A DNA stretch of 63,850 bases, counting the filler, from Reticulomyxa filosa (taxonomy: Eukaryota > Protista > Foraminifera), in the NCBI GenBank assembly GCA_000512085.1. It is 24 parts of 24 records of this genome, joined end to end, with 100 filler letters (N's around TTAATTAATTAA, not from the genome) between each part and the next. Parts side by side here need not be neighbours in the genome. Positions count along the whole stretch, not along the records: positions 1 to 3,971 come from ASPP01018680.1; positions 4,072 to 5,705 come from ASPP01013210.1; positions 5,806 to 9,824 come from ASPP01004419.1; positions 9,925 to 12,233 come from ASPP01004972.1; positions 12,334 to 13,333 come from ASPP01033404.1; 19 more parts are not named here. The stretch is one strand, 5' to 3'. The notes beneath the pieces were generated by a model, which saw only the letters and a program-made list of their open reading frames with translations, made no database searches and was not told the origin of the DNA. Both the position numbers and the translations under genes were made by a program. Shown piece by piece: positions 1-12,384 of this stretch (positions within the stretch are counted from its first letter, which is position 1; each line of letters begins with the position of its first letter).

Positions 1-30
1 TGTGTGTGTGTGACTGATCAATGTTGACAG

Positions 31-1578
31 ACTTCACAAAAACATCGACAATGGTTTGCCTGGACATTATCCACCCAATCTAATGGGCAATGATTCGCGG
101 CTGAATATTCAAGGTCAAATACCCTCATCCATGCCTATGCCCATGCCCATGTCTGGATCCATGACAATGATTGAAGTCCGCCCGAGCCATGCTTTGCCTC
201 CTCCAATTCTACCTATCCCAACTCCTTTCAACATACCTATGATTATCCCTCAAGACGTCATGGAACAAGAGTTGATCCCGAGGCAGCCAACCATAAAACC
301 AAACACCATTTGGGTTACCACCTTTAGCAAATCTCCAAAATTGGTCACAGAACTAGAAGATCAATGGAATGATTTTGTCGTGCAATTTGATTGGGTGTGT
401 TGCATTACAAAAAAAAAAAATTAACTTTGCTAATTTTTTTTGTTGGGTGATAAAAAAAAAAGTATGTAAAGTTAAACTTTTTCTTTTTTTCTTCCTCCCT
501 TGCCCTCTTCACATGTAGCTATCAGGTTGCAAACTTCAGGAGTGGCCTTTGCCAGACTTTCGAAACAAAGACAAAGGCGTGCTGCAACCAATATCAGCGG
601 AACATGCTGCAGATTATAACAAATGCCGAAAATACATTGAACAAATCAAAATTGGCGGACCAGTTGAAGTGTCTTTTTAAAATGAAAGGCGAGCAAGAGA
701 GAGAAACATTTGTTCACTGTTTTATGGGATAAAAAAAAAAAAAAATCCGCGTTTTGTTTGTTTTTGTTTTGTTTTTTTTTTGGGCTGGTTAGAAAGCGCA
801 TTTAAAACATCATTGGATGGTGTGCGAAATGCATCCTTACATGGAACAAGATGTGGTATGACTATGTTTTTTTATTAAAAAAAAAAAAAGGCTAAGTTGT
901 TCATGGTCATCAAATTTCACAAAGTAAGAAACGCACACGTTAAAAATAAATGATCAAGGAATGGTATGCCAACTTTGCAAATTATTGGAAAAACCAAAAA
1001 AAAGTGGCGTGTATGAAACAGCGTGTTGATTTTCACCACGATATATTGTTTTATTTGATACCGCCAGACGAAGATGTCGTCCCAGAAAAAGCAATGAGAG
1101 ACGTGTTTGACATTCAACCCCCATCAGGGGTAATGTGGGCAATTATATTTGTTCAAAATTTAAAAGACGAAGACAGAAAAGAATCTTTGCAAGTCAACGG
1201 ACGAGTTGTTACTTCTTCTGCAAGCAATTCTGCTATTATTCAACCGGACGATTTCAAAATAAAAGATCCTCGCTTACGAAGAACTTTAGAACGTGAGAAA
1301 GAAAAGGAAGGCGATAAAAACAAGCAGACTGTCGAAAAATTGACAGGATTAGCGCCAACTGAAGCTGTAGAAACATCAGTAACACCACATCAAGAAAGGT
1401 TATGCTTGTATTATTTTGCGAAAACATAATAATTATTTCAATTCATATCCTTTTTGTTTTTTGCTTGATGTCTTACAGCAGACCTAGTGAGTTGTTCGAA
1501 GAACATGGATTGCTCAATGCTTTGAATGAACTACAACAATATTCAACTGCCAACTTGGGCACCAACACTGAAAATTAA
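31..1578 (+). CDS. 5'-partial multi-exon gene: Pro/Met-rich region followed by a probable SPOC domain
   Basis: GT-AG exons at approx. 31-394, 520-670, 793-855, 923-1398 and 1479-1578 (ends TAA). WMVCEMHP..WYANFANYWKNQKKVAC..LFYLIPP resembles the SPOC core of DIDO/PHF3-type proteins. Confidence 0.5.
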
Positions 1579-2115
1579 TGTTCAAAATAAAATTAAAAAA
1601 CAACAATAATGTTGTGACGTGTTGAAATTTTTTTTTTGTCTTTTGAGGTCAAACAATCAGTCAAAAAAACAGATGCCTCCTGATCTCCTTATATCTATCG
1701 CCTGTCTTTGTGTGGGTCTGTGGGTTCAACTGAAATTATTCGTTTCTAGTCCATTGTCAAGTAAGAGGAGATCAAGTTGTACGCTTTTTTTGGCAGCTTT
1801 TGGAGCTTTGTTTACTTAAACATTTTCAAATTTAGCGAGCTCTTTTATTTCTCACAGAAAAAATTCTTCAAAAACTTTTCTCCATTTTATATATATTTTT
1901 TTTTTAAAGTGAACTTAAACAATTTTGTAATCCAACGGTTATGCTTTGTTTTTGCCATTTTTTTAAAGCCCTTGGATCAATATCCGATGACAAAGGCCAT
2001 CACTTTGATATTGCCGGATGAAATAGTATATCCAGTCGACAAATCAGCAGATTCATTTTTTGCTTTAACAATAACGCTGAAAAATGATTTTTTTTTTCTT
2101 GGTTTGAATTGATTA

Positions 2116-2934
2116 TCACCATAGAGGGAAACCTACTTTGCACTCCATCTTTTTATAAGAGTTGACAACCGGGATAATAAAATCAGGCAAATTAGAAAAT
2201 GCAACTCCCAACTCTTCTCCGTTACGATAAATTCGACAGTCTTTGCTTTTTCGATCAATTTTGAATCCCAATTTGTCACCATCAGCCCACGCCCTCCTTT
2301 CATTTTTTCGGGTGATACGAATGCTTGTCGATGCACGGACTTGGGAATCAATATCTCTCCCAAGAAAAAAAGAGACATAATCGTGATTTGCGACAATCTT
2401 CGCTAAATGGGCGCCATGAGCGGTACCCCAGTTTCCAAAGTTGGTAATTCCAGTTGCCCGATGTGAAAACGTTGGACAATAGAAGTGCACGCATTTGAAA
2501 AGAGCGGCATTTTTTTTGGCGCCAAAGGTATTAACGATAGCCTTAGTACTTTCTTTGCACTCCAAAAAACCAAAGTAATGGCTACATTTAGTATCGAAAT
2601 TAATTAGTTCGAATTCCCACGCTTCATATCTGTTGTTTACATTTGTGATTGCGTTCATTCTTAAATCCACCACAAAATTTAGCTGAGCAAAAATATATCC
2701 ACTGGACTTGGATATCAATGTCTTGTCATTATCCCCAAAAATTATATCGTCTTTAAAGCCATACGACTTTGGGTGGGAATCAAAGGAGATCGGATGAACA
2801 GCATAGTGCAAAAGAACAGATCCCAGTTCCGAAACCCATTGTCTTATTCCGAATGTACGCAACCAATATGAAACAATAAGAGAATAATTGTCTATCATTT
2901 CTCTCCTGAAACAACAATTTGGCTTGTTCATCAT
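2116..2934 (-). CDS. SPRY/B30.2-domain protein with an N-terminal ~30-aa box
   Basis: C-terminal GDKLGFKIDRKSKDCRIYRNGEELGVAFSNLPDFIIPVV matches the SPRY consensus; N-terminal LIVSYWLRTFGIRQWVSELGSVLLHY. Confidence 0.75.
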   Translation of the reverse strand: MMNKPNCCFRREMIDNYSLIVSYWLRTFGIRQWVSELGSVLLHYAVHPISFDSHPKSYGFKDDIIFGDNDKTLISKSSGYIFAQLNFVVDLRMNAITNVNNRYEAWEFELINFDTKCSHYFGFLECKESTKAIVNTFGAKKNAALFKCVHFYCPTFSHRATGITNFGNWGTAHGAHLAKIVANHDYVSFFLGRDIDSQVRASTSIRITRKNERRAWADGDKLGFKIDRKSKDCRIYRNGEELGVAFSNLPDFIIPVVNSYKKMECKVGFPLW

Positions 2935-3309
2935 CAGATAAAATTAAAAATACTCAAATGAAAAAAAAATTCAAAAAGGCTGAACCCATTTTCAGTGCTG
3001 CACAGACGTTAAAGTTTATTGTAAGCATACTTTATGTTAATACTCCAGAAAAAATTGTGTATTAGATTTGCGGAAAACAAAATCAAGAGTTAGATTACTG
3101 AAATGTTTATTGACAAATTTCTCTTATTGATAAATCTTCTGCTGCGATATAACAGTAAGAAAACCACAAATTTAATTCTTTCAGAATGAAACGATCGAAA
3201 ACCAATAATTCCCAGTCAAACCTACAACACAAGTTGATCAGATCAGCAAACATGCAACATCACCCGAGACAACCTCACAAGTAAGATTGTGATCAAATGT
3301 ATTCAATAT

Positions 3310-3946
3310 TCATTGTTCCTTTATTTTTTCAGTTTTTTCTTTTGAAATTTTGGATTGTTCATTCAATTTTGCGGCCACGTTAATTTTTTCACTCAGTTCT
3401 AAAGCCTTAACCACAACATCTTCTGCAGAGGCATTCATATTCATTATAAAATGTTGTTGAACAGTTGCCATGGATAATCCCTACATGTCAAACCACTTTG
3501 CATTATTAAAAGCACATACAAAAATAAAATATACATATATGTATGCATATATGTATACATAAATAGTAGTAAAAACAAACTTGTGAAAAGCATTTGCGCA
3601 GATTTTCAATAAATTTCGGGGCAAGCGATTGGGCTTCTTTTGGATAAAACAACGCAAACATATCAGCCAATTGCTGATCAGTTGCCAAAGGAAAATGGAT
3701 ATGAACATCGACACGACCACTGCGGATCAATGCACTATCGAGTCGATCCACAAAATTGGTTGTTAAGATGAATATTTGGCCATCCGGGTTTCCAATCCCA
3801 TCCAATCCGTTAAGCAATCCAGTGAAGGTCAAAGGACAAGCGTTGTGTTTTTTGCTTCGATCCTTGTTAAACAACGCGTCAATGTCCTCCATCACAACCA
3901 TGCTATTGCTAGGCGCATTTTGGATACAAGATTTGAAACTGTCATC
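3310..3946 (-). CDS. BCS1-like AAA+ ATPase, 3' part (two exons)
   Basis: Walker B VVMEDIDALF, LTFTGLLNGLDG, ILTTNFVDRLDSALIRSGRVD; intron at approx. 3482-3580; last exon GLSMATVQQHF...KEQ-TGA. Confidence 0.85.
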
Positions 3947-3971
3947 TTTTTTTTTTTTTTTTTTTTTTTTT

Positions 3972-4071
3972 NNNNNNNNNNNNNNNNNNNNNNNNNNNNN
4001 NNNNNNNNNNNNNNNTTAATTAATTAANNNNNNNNNNNNNNNNNNNNNNNNNNNNNNNNNNNNNNNNNNNN
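3972..4071. other. Artificial contig spacer N44-TTAATTAATTAA-N44, first of 23. Others start at 5706, 9825, 12234, 13334, 14533, 15898, 17217, 20117, 30213, 33495, 36667, 37908, 39785, 41368, 42524, 44284, 50595, 54461, 55941, 57577, 59183, 62172
   Basis: Identical 100-bp block each time; the core has stops in all six frames; genes and base composition change abruptly across spacers. Confidence 0.98.
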
Positions 4072-5705
4072 AATGCAAATGCAAATGTAAATGCAAATGC
4101 AAGTACGGCCATTGCGACGTCCACTGCAACCACAGCAATAGCTACGGCCACAGCCACGGCAGTAAGCACGACTGTGCCCACGGCGGCGATGACGATGAAG
4201 CCGGTGAAGGAACTTGAAAGACGTGAGAGTGCAAAGATAGACAGGGACATGTACGAAGCCGAAACGAACGAGGACGACAGAAAAATGGACCAAAAAAAGA
4301 AAAATGCGATCAAAATAAACAAAGAGCGAAGGTATAAAAATATCCATGAGTTCATCAAACAGTACGGCGGCATACTGCAACTTGAAGAAAAACGAGTCGG
4401 CTATTTGACCCAAGAGTTGAAGGTTATGGCCGAAATTGCCAGACAATTTGAGTTAGTACATCACTTTTTTTTCTCTTCTCTCCCCCCTCCCCCCCCCCCT
4501 TTGCTATTCTCTTGGCAAAACAAATGGTGAACAAAATAATCCAAAAAAAAAAAAAAAAAAGGGGAAAGGTACCAAAATTTGGCAAGGATCAATCAGTAGT
4601 TGAAACCACAAATACAGTAAATTCGGACGAAAGTAAGCAGGCATTGGACACGAGAGAAAATGTCACAAATGAAACAGCGGTCAGTAAGCATGAAAGTAGT
4701 GACAATCCGACGGGAGGTGTTGTTGTGATCAAAAATGACCCAATGACAACCTCTTCCTCCACTATTGCAACTGGGACGACTACCACTGTTGTTACTTCTA
4801 CGGTTGTTACAGTTGTTCCTTCTACTGCTGCTGCTACTGCTACCGCTTCTTCTTCTTCTTCATCATCATCTTCTTCTTCTTCTTCTTCTATGGCTTCCGG
4901 CACAAATGCGACAAACGCCACTGCTACTACTGCTGCAACAGCTATCACTACGGGCGTCCCTTCTGCAACCACGGTTCCTTCTGGAATGGAAATGGGTGCT
5001 AAAAACGAAGGCAATAATTTGGCCACAGAAAATATAGCGACATCCGCAACGGAAATGGACAAAAGCACGAACGATACCGAGGCGAACAAAAAGTTAAAAC
5101 CGAAATTATCTCTGAGCAGCGTCAAAGAAAATGAACCCAAGATCATGCTCCCACCGACCGGACCGCCGTCCTTTTCCGGCAATGTAAACTTCATTCCCAG
5201 CCAACCCAAGCCCGGGCAAGCGGCTTCCAAAAAGAAAAAATACACACGAAAAATGCAGCAAATGATGGATTCCAACGCCGGTGAGTTTTTAAATATGCTT
5301 TGTGCCAAGTGTGATTTGGCCAAGTCTCTCCGGTGTGTTCAGGTTGGGCATGTTAATCATATTATTTCTTTTTACACCATATATGTATATACATATACAT
5401 ATATATGTGTACATATGTATGGTCATTGTAAACAAGTCGCATTTGTATACAAAGCAAATATGCTTGTTTGGAATGTTCCAGGAACAACTATCGTCGGCAT
5501 TTTTTGGAGGTAAGGCCAAATTGGATGAAATAAAGCTGGCGATAAATCAATGGGTGCCATTGCATTGGTCGTTTGCAAAACATATGGAAATCAGCAAGTG
5601 TGGAAATGGGAAGCTGTCCATTAAGCAAATGAGGAATTACCACACGCTATTGATTTTACCGAAAAAAACAACAGACGCCGACAAGACAAGCAGTTCATCA
5701 TCATC
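4072..5705 (+). CDS. Internal fragment of a low-complexity Thr/Ser/Ala-rich protein (multi-exon)
   Basis: Long open frames 4072-4450 and 4562-5332 with probable T/A-rich introns; no domain recognised. Confidence 0.5.
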
Positions 5706-6034
5706 NNNNNNNNNNNNNNNNNNNNNNNNNNNNNNNNNNNNNNNNNNNNTTAATTAATTAANNNNNNNNNNNNNNNNNNNNNNNNNNNNNNNNNNNNNNN
5801 NNNNNAACACACAACCCTCTTTACAAAAACAATTTTGAAACAGATGTTTATATTGTCAAATATTACAAAAAATGTTTACTCTTCAATAAAAAGCGCTTAC
5901 TTATGATATCATGGCTTTTTACAAAATAATCTTATGACTGTAAAAAAACGTTTACTTTGAAATGTTGCTTGAAGTATATTTAGAGTTTGCTCAAAAAATG
6001 GGAGATATTTAGTTTATTTGTGAGATTTGAATTA

Positions 6035-6595
6035 TTACGATAACTTTAACATGGACAAGCCATTTTGATCTGCTTGTTGAATGTAATCTTTTACTTTTGG
6101 ACAAACACAACATAATTTATTCAAAAGAAGCTCACATTGACGAGTAATTTGCTTTACACTGTCCGCAGATTCTTTAGAGCGATATTGTTTTTGATAGTGC
6201 AGATTCATGTTTAATTTTAGGATACATGTTAACACTTCTAATGCAAAAGCATCAAATACCGGCCATCCGTTATTTATGCATTTGTCAATCAATTCAAGTG
6301 ATGCCGAAATAATCTCTAATTCATTTGTTAATAATATTATTTCACATACAGATGTAATCATTTCATTATACACAGATATGCTCAATTCTTTTTGTCGATC
6401 CAATGTTTCATTCCAATTACGAAGTTTTTTTAGTTCCTCTTTTCCTTCCTCATCTTCTGGAAGTTTAAATGTTTTGTCTTCGGGGAGTTTTGTAGATTCT
6501 TCTTCAATTTGAGTAGAAAACTCCTTTTTTAATGTCCAATCTTTGAGCTGTGTCTTCAAGGCAGTTAGAGAAGCAATATCTGGCTTGTTAGTCAT
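6035..6595 (-). CDS. Hypothetical helical protein
   Basis: ~186-aa ORF starting MTNKPDIAS; head-to-head with the UEV gene. Confidence 0.55.
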   Translation of the reverse strand: MTNKPDIASLTALKTQLKDWTLKKEFSTQIEEESTKLPEDKTFKLPEDEEGKEELKKLRNWNETLDRQKELSISVYNEMITSVCEIILLTNELEIISASLELIDKCINNGWPVFDAFALEVLTCILKLNMNLHYQKQYRSKESADSVKQITRQCELLLNKLCCVCPKVKDYIQQADQNGLSMLKLS

Positions 6596-6866
6596 TATTA
6601 TTATTTGGGAGAAGAGTTTTTTTGTAGCGGAAAAAAATTGAACCTTATTTTCTTGTTCTATTTCAAGGTGACTCCAATGTGCACAACTCCTCATTCACGA
6701 ACTAGAGCGACAGAAAGTCATGCCCTTATTGAAAGGATAGCAATTAGTTAGATTATTTACCTTATTTTTTTGTTTTCAACTTGCGTTGTCTAGCTTTTGC
6801 TGAACGTTTATTTTTACTTTTTCAAAAAAACTCTCAGGTTTGCCTTTGATATTATAAACCTTAGAA

Positions 6867-7358
6867 ATGGCACAAGCACCAAACAAATCGGATCCAACAG
6901 AATATCGTGTACCCCGCAATTTTAAGCTGTTGGACGAATTGGAAAGCGCAGAAAAGGGTATGTATACTGACACCAAGAAATACGGAGAAAGTTGCATGTG
7001 CATAAATTTGGGATTGGATGGACAAGATACAACCTTCACACATTGGAATGCCACCATAATTGGACATCAGGTACAAACTTTGAATTTTATTTCTTTTATC
7101 TTCAAACGTGAAGAAGGAGCAGGATAGGGCAGTGCAATTAAAAAAAAAAACACTTATAAGGATAAAAAAAAAAGGGAGGACACATCGGTGACCGGATTTA
7201 CACAGTAAAAATTTTGGCTGGTCCAGGATATCCTGACGACCCTCCCCAACTCAAATTTGTGCAAAAAGTCGATATGCCGTGTGTCGATGCAAAAGGATAC
7301 GTTAAGTGATTTTTGTTTGTATTTGGAAGAAAGAAGAAAGGGGGGGGGATGTTCCTTT

Positions 7359-7391
<33 letters not shown>

Positions 7392-7830
7392 TGAAATGAT
7401 TGATCGCTCTCACTTTAACTTTTTCTTTGCGTTTTCGTGTTTACAAATTTTTTTTTTTCAAAGAGTGTTACACTAGTAAAACTAATATATGAATTTTTTC
7501 TTAATTGTGAGACAAAACAAAAAAAAAAAAAAAAAGGGGGGAAAGAAAGAGGGGAAAAAAAAAAAATTACTCCATTGTTTTCGATTGTGAGGCTATGTCA
7601 CGCTATATTACATAAGCCATATATTGATACGTGCTATAACGAATACATCTGAGTTCAATGTACAAACATAACATAATACAAAGGTTGATTTCACTAAAAT
7701 GAAAGTAAGCAGTTTCCGATGGACGAGCGAATCGTCAATCTTCGAGACCCTGTTGGCTGTTCGTCAAGAAATGGAGCCCAGTGCTGTTGCACAAGCTTGT
7801 GCTCGAGTGTCGGCCAGTGCAACGTATTAA
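6867..7830 (+). CDS. MMS2: Ubiquitin-conjugating enzyme E2 variant (UEV1/MMS2 family), 3 exons
   Basis: VPRNFKLLDELESAEKG, WNATIIG; exon 2 RIYTVKILAGPGYPDDPPQLKFVQKVDMPCVD (approx. 7174-7280); exon 3 approx. 7684-7830 ending TAA. Confidence 0.9.
7359..7391. repeat. (TAA)n microsatellite in UEV intron 2
   Basis: Direct reading. Confidence 0.9.
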
Positions 7831-8879
7831 TTGTGACTGACGGACATGCCAACAAACTTTTGAATAATATTTAAACCAAGTATTTCAAATTCAATTCAAT
7901 TTTTCAAAAGAATTTAAAAAACAAAACAAGAAAAGAAAAAAAGAGGCAAGCAAAACAAGAGAGAAGAAACCACGACTGCAACTGTTTGTTTTTTCCGTCA
8001 CTTGTTGTGTTTGAAATTGGTAATTCACAAATTTATCAGCCAAAGTTGACGCAGTTGGCAATGTTGTTTGCGAGTTCCAAATAAAAATTTTTTGGGGTCC
8101 AATATCTTTTTTTTCTTTTGTCAGTGTGAACGTAAGACGAAGACCAATTAAAACAATTTTAAATAGAAGTTCTAATCGATTTAAAAAAAAAAAAAAAGAA
8201 AATCAGAATTTAGAAAGTATATACTTCCCAAAACTAAGAAATTATCAGTTTTTCAAACAAAGACAAATCTTTCATATACAATCAATATTGTCTTTCTTAA
8301 ACAAAAAAAAATTGTCCTTTCTCTGCTTAAGCAAAGGCGGTTACTTGAAGCATTCTAATTTTACGTGTAATCAAGCAACTCCATTTAGATCAAAAATATT
8401 TTATCTGTAAAATAATGAAATTGATTGCACTTTGTGATGTAGGCGAAGTGAACAAAAGAATAGAGGTGTTGACTACTTGCAAAAATTTAGACAAACGTGT
8501 ACATAAAAAAAAATGTGTCTCTGAAAGAAGTAGTTACAGTACGGGACTTTCAGTTCAACCAAAACCGGGCCTTATGCCATTATTTCTCCTTGTGAAATAA
8601 TTTCCATAACCCGAAGAAAAAGAGAAAGAGGGAAAAAAGAACAATGAAATGGGAAGAAACAGAAACAAAAAGAAAAAATGATATAATAAAAAAGTCAAAC
8701 ACTTCGCTCAAAAAGATATTACACTTTTCCATCACTTTGTTTTTTTTTTTTTGGACAATCAAATTTTTTTTTTTGTTACAATTAGCACCATGCAACAACA
8801 GCAATGGTTATTTTTAAAAAAAAAAAAATGAAAAGAAAAGGTGGAGAATAGGAAAGGAAATACACAGGGATATTGTCAC

Positions 8880-9740
8880 TTACGGATTATTGATAGAAAC
8901 TAGCCCTTTTCGAACAAAGGAGTGCCACAAGTCACCTGTGTCTTGAACACGGTTATCGGCGTATCCTTCCATGACTTTGTTTTGTTGAGGGGAGACACTG
9001 GCTTGCTCTTTTTGTATTTCCAGCCACAGGGTGTGATGGTATTGAAGGTACATTTTGTCAGCGATCGAAGACGGAAGAGAAGCACCGTCAAGGTCATGAA
9101 TATCATGTCTCAGAGCGACGATATTATTCCATACGTCTCCATTGGGGACAACGGTAAGCAAAGCGTCCAAAGAGTAAATGCCTTGGCGTTCGAGTAAGTC
9201 GACAAAGTACTGAGTGACTCCAGTATTGTTCCCGACACAGGAATAAATCCATTCTTGTAGCTTTTGCTTTTGTTCCAAGTATTTCTTGCACTCTTCTTTA
9301 AACAGGTTGCGATGAAATAGATTGTCCATCCCAATTTCAACCAATGAATTTTCATCAGACAATTGGTTCAAATATTTGACATCATCAATTTGACTCTTTT
9401 CAAACAATGACATGTATTGCGGCAATTCTACTTTCTTTTCCAACCATTTCTTGAACGCCTCCTTTCGGGTTCTTGGCTGTTTCTCATTCTTTGTTGTATT
9501 TGCCCTTTCTCCGTCCTCATTCGTATTTTCGTTGGTATGCATAGTCCCATTTCCATTTCCATTTCCATTCTTATTCTCATTTCTATTTTCATTCTCGTTT
9601 TCGTCTTTGTTTTTGTCCCTCTTGCGTTCTTGTTCAATGTGATTGCCATATCCGTACTCGTACGCATACATATATGAACGCACAAATTGTGGCGCGTCTC
9701 CACCGTTATAGTTATGTCCACCCACTTGCTCTCCGTCCCC
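8880..9740 (-). CDS. SAM-domain protein, 3' part
   Basis: FKKWLEKKVELPQYMSLFEKSQIDDVKYLNQLSDENSLVEIGMDNLFHR is SAM-like; a second, weaker SAM-like segment follows; Asn/Glu-rich upstream region. Confidence 0.7.
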   Translation of the reverse strand, partial: GDGEQVGGHNYNGGDAPQFVRSYMYAYEYGYGNHIEQERKRDKNKDENENENRNENKNGNGNGNGTMHTNENTNEDGERANTTKNEKQPRTRKEAFKKWLEKKVELPQYMSLFEKSQIDDVKYLNQLSDENSLVEIGMDNLFHRNLFKEECKKYLEQKQKLQEWIYSCVGNNTGVTQYFVDLLERQGIYSLDALLTVVPNGDVWNNIVALRHDIHDLDGASLPSSIADKMYLQYHHTLWLEIQKEQASVSPQQNKVMEGYADNRVQDTGDLWHSFVRKGLVSINNP

Positions 9741-10877
9741 ATTTGCATTTCTATTTCCATGTTCATTATCATTATCATTATCATTGTCATTGTTATTATC
9801 ATTGTCATTGTCATTGTCATTGTCNNNNNNNNNNNNNNNNNNNNNNNNNNNNNNNNNNNNNNNNNNNNTTAATTAATTAANNNNNNNNNNNNNNNNNNNN
9901 NNNNNNNNNNNNNNNNNNNNNNNNAAAAAAAAAAAAAATTTAAATTTTTTTTTTTTTTTTTTTTTTTTGCTTACAATAACGTAACATAATTTTATCATTC
10001 TGCATACACCCAAACAACTGGTACATGCATTGAACTTTGAGCAGGCAACGCTAAGAGACTATTTCTTCAATTTATTACGTCATGACACATTATCTCCAAG
10101 TCGCAATATAATTCAAGTATTTATGTGCAGTAAAATAGCTGGCACGCTTGCCTTTTTTTTTTATAATTTGCAGCTGTATACAGTATTTTTTCCAGTTTGC
10201 TTATGGAACAAACTTTTGTTTTTTGCTGTTCGAACGAAAACATTTGTTTCCACTGCAAGCCGAACAAAAAATTGAATGAACAATATTATTCGTTCTTTGG
10301 TTTGAACAGTTTGAACATTACATTATATGCTCCCCTGCAATATTTTGTAGTCACGATGAAGATTTGTTTGTGTCACATTACCAACAATACAACATCTTCG
10401 ATAATACAAAAAAGTGCATGAAACAGAAAATCTGCCTAGTACAAATAAACATATTTTTCATTTGAAAGTCTTCGAACAGCTATACAATAAAATGTCCGAC
10501 TTCTCAAGTGTCGCTAGTGAATAACTTGAATAAGGTTAAAAAATAAAAACAATATCAATGTTGATAATAATATATGATATTATTATCAATGTTGTTGGTA
10601 GTGTTAATTGTGTAGGCAATTCGGAGAAACTACATTTAGCATTTCGGCTTTTTTAGAACATATTATCACAATGTTCATACAGTACAATGCTAAAACATTG
10701 CACCATGTATTTCTCCACATCTGACAACTTTTCATCTCCTTGAAGTGAAGTAGACGTTGTTCCAAACCCACTTTTCGTTTTTTTTTACGTATGTGATTAA
10801 AATAGAAGAAGCAAAATTTCGCAGTTGTTGGTAAATTAACGGATTTTGTATATTCAACAACGATTATTTATTAATTA

Positions 10878-12140
10878 ATGACTCAGCACTATCACGTACA
10901 AACAATAGACAACGTGACAGTAGAGGGGCTTCTGTCAGCATCCTGTATGTCTGTAAGTCTAACTTGTATGATCGTTCAGTTCAAGAAAGATCCAATAGTC
11001 TTTTGTAACTACAAGATAACGGTGCCAGTGCTAACATCAATGTGGCTTTTTTGGTTGGGAAATGTAGTAGGATCATTTGGATGGACAAATGTATTGGTAC
11101 CAATCTCCACGTGGACATGTCGCATTATGTACTCTTTGGCATTGCTAAGCTATCAGGTCGGCAAAATCGCAATGTCATGGGCATTGATTGCGCGATTGGA
11201 GTTGATATTCTACAGGACAATATATAAGTTGAATGTATACACGGCCAACTTTTATCGAATTTTTTAATTGGCATCCACACTAATTTTATATTCGATATGG
11301 ATTTACGAAGTATCAACAGACATAAAGCCGCACGTAGTGAGAAACCCTGATATCGCATTTCACGTCGTCAAAATGATTACGTATACCGACTTTCTATGCG
11401 GAAGGCTCTTGTCTATCGTCTACGTCTACAAGTTGTATCAAACTATCATTACTGCTGAGCGTGCGGCTGGTATGAACAACTCTTATCCAAAGATCAAGAA
11501 GACAGTCAGGACAACGACAGAGGATCGGCTGTGTCCCCACAGCACCAAAGACGTACACAGACACTTAGTCAATTCAAACGCAGAATAATGAATCCGAATC
11601 ATGAAAACATTAAAATGGTTTTAACTATTCGCAAATCAACCGTTCTTGCATTACGAGTATATATAATAACAAAATGCACACATACAATACATACGTATGT
11701 ACAGATTTTTTTATATTATGATATACGTCTACATGCATCCCCCCCCCCCCCCCCAAAAAAAAAGAAAATGATTAAAAATAACATAGCTATGACAAGTACT
11801 GCAATCTATGGACTGAAAACTACGTACATGTTGCGACAAATTGGCTTTTTTTAGGGGGTTTGATATGGTGGTATACTCGCTGTCTTTGATTTGTTTGTTC
11901 AAATTTGGCGAACGGATTTATGACTGCACATTGGGATATTTAGAGGCAATGTGCTTGTGTATCCACTTCCAACGTCGATTGACCACGTTTGAAGACTCTC
12001 CGCAATTGCAATCTAGCAAAGGTCGCATTTCTTTAGGGCGACAAACTCGAGCTCCTCCTTTGCCGGAATCGCCAAAAAAGCTATTGAAACTATCGATCCG
12101 GCTCGCACTTTCATCCAAACTCACTGTATTTTTACTTTGA
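10878..12140 (+). pseudogene. Multi-pass (7TM-like) membrane protein gene, disrupted
   Basis: About 7 hydrophobic segments; in-frame TAA at 11265-11267, frameshifts near 11525 and 11850, intron approx. 11657-11787. Lesions could be sequencing errors. Confidence 0.55.
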
Positions 12141-12384
12141 TATTAATTATGGGAGTTGGGCAATTGAATGTTTGTTGATACGTGAGATAAATTTTCCTTT
12201 TTTCAACTCTTTATCTCATTTTTTTTTTTTTTTNNNNNNNNNNNNNNNNNNNNNNNNNNNNNNNNNNNNNNNNNNNNTTAATTAATTAANNNNNNNNNNN
12301 NNNNNNNNNNNNNNNNNNNNNNNNNNNNNNNNNTAATAATAATAATAATAATAATAACAATAATAATAACAATAACATTGACAG

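Noticed and set aside
4589-5323. Long antisense ORFs here and at 12607-13221, 17727-18521 and 37094-37870
   Set aside because: Reverse-strand mirrors of low-complexity or higher-GC coding exons, with no motifs of their own
6596-6866. Possible bidirectional promoter between the hypothetical gene and the UEV gene
   Set aside because: Head-to-head spacing is suggestive, but no promoter element can be identified from sequence alone
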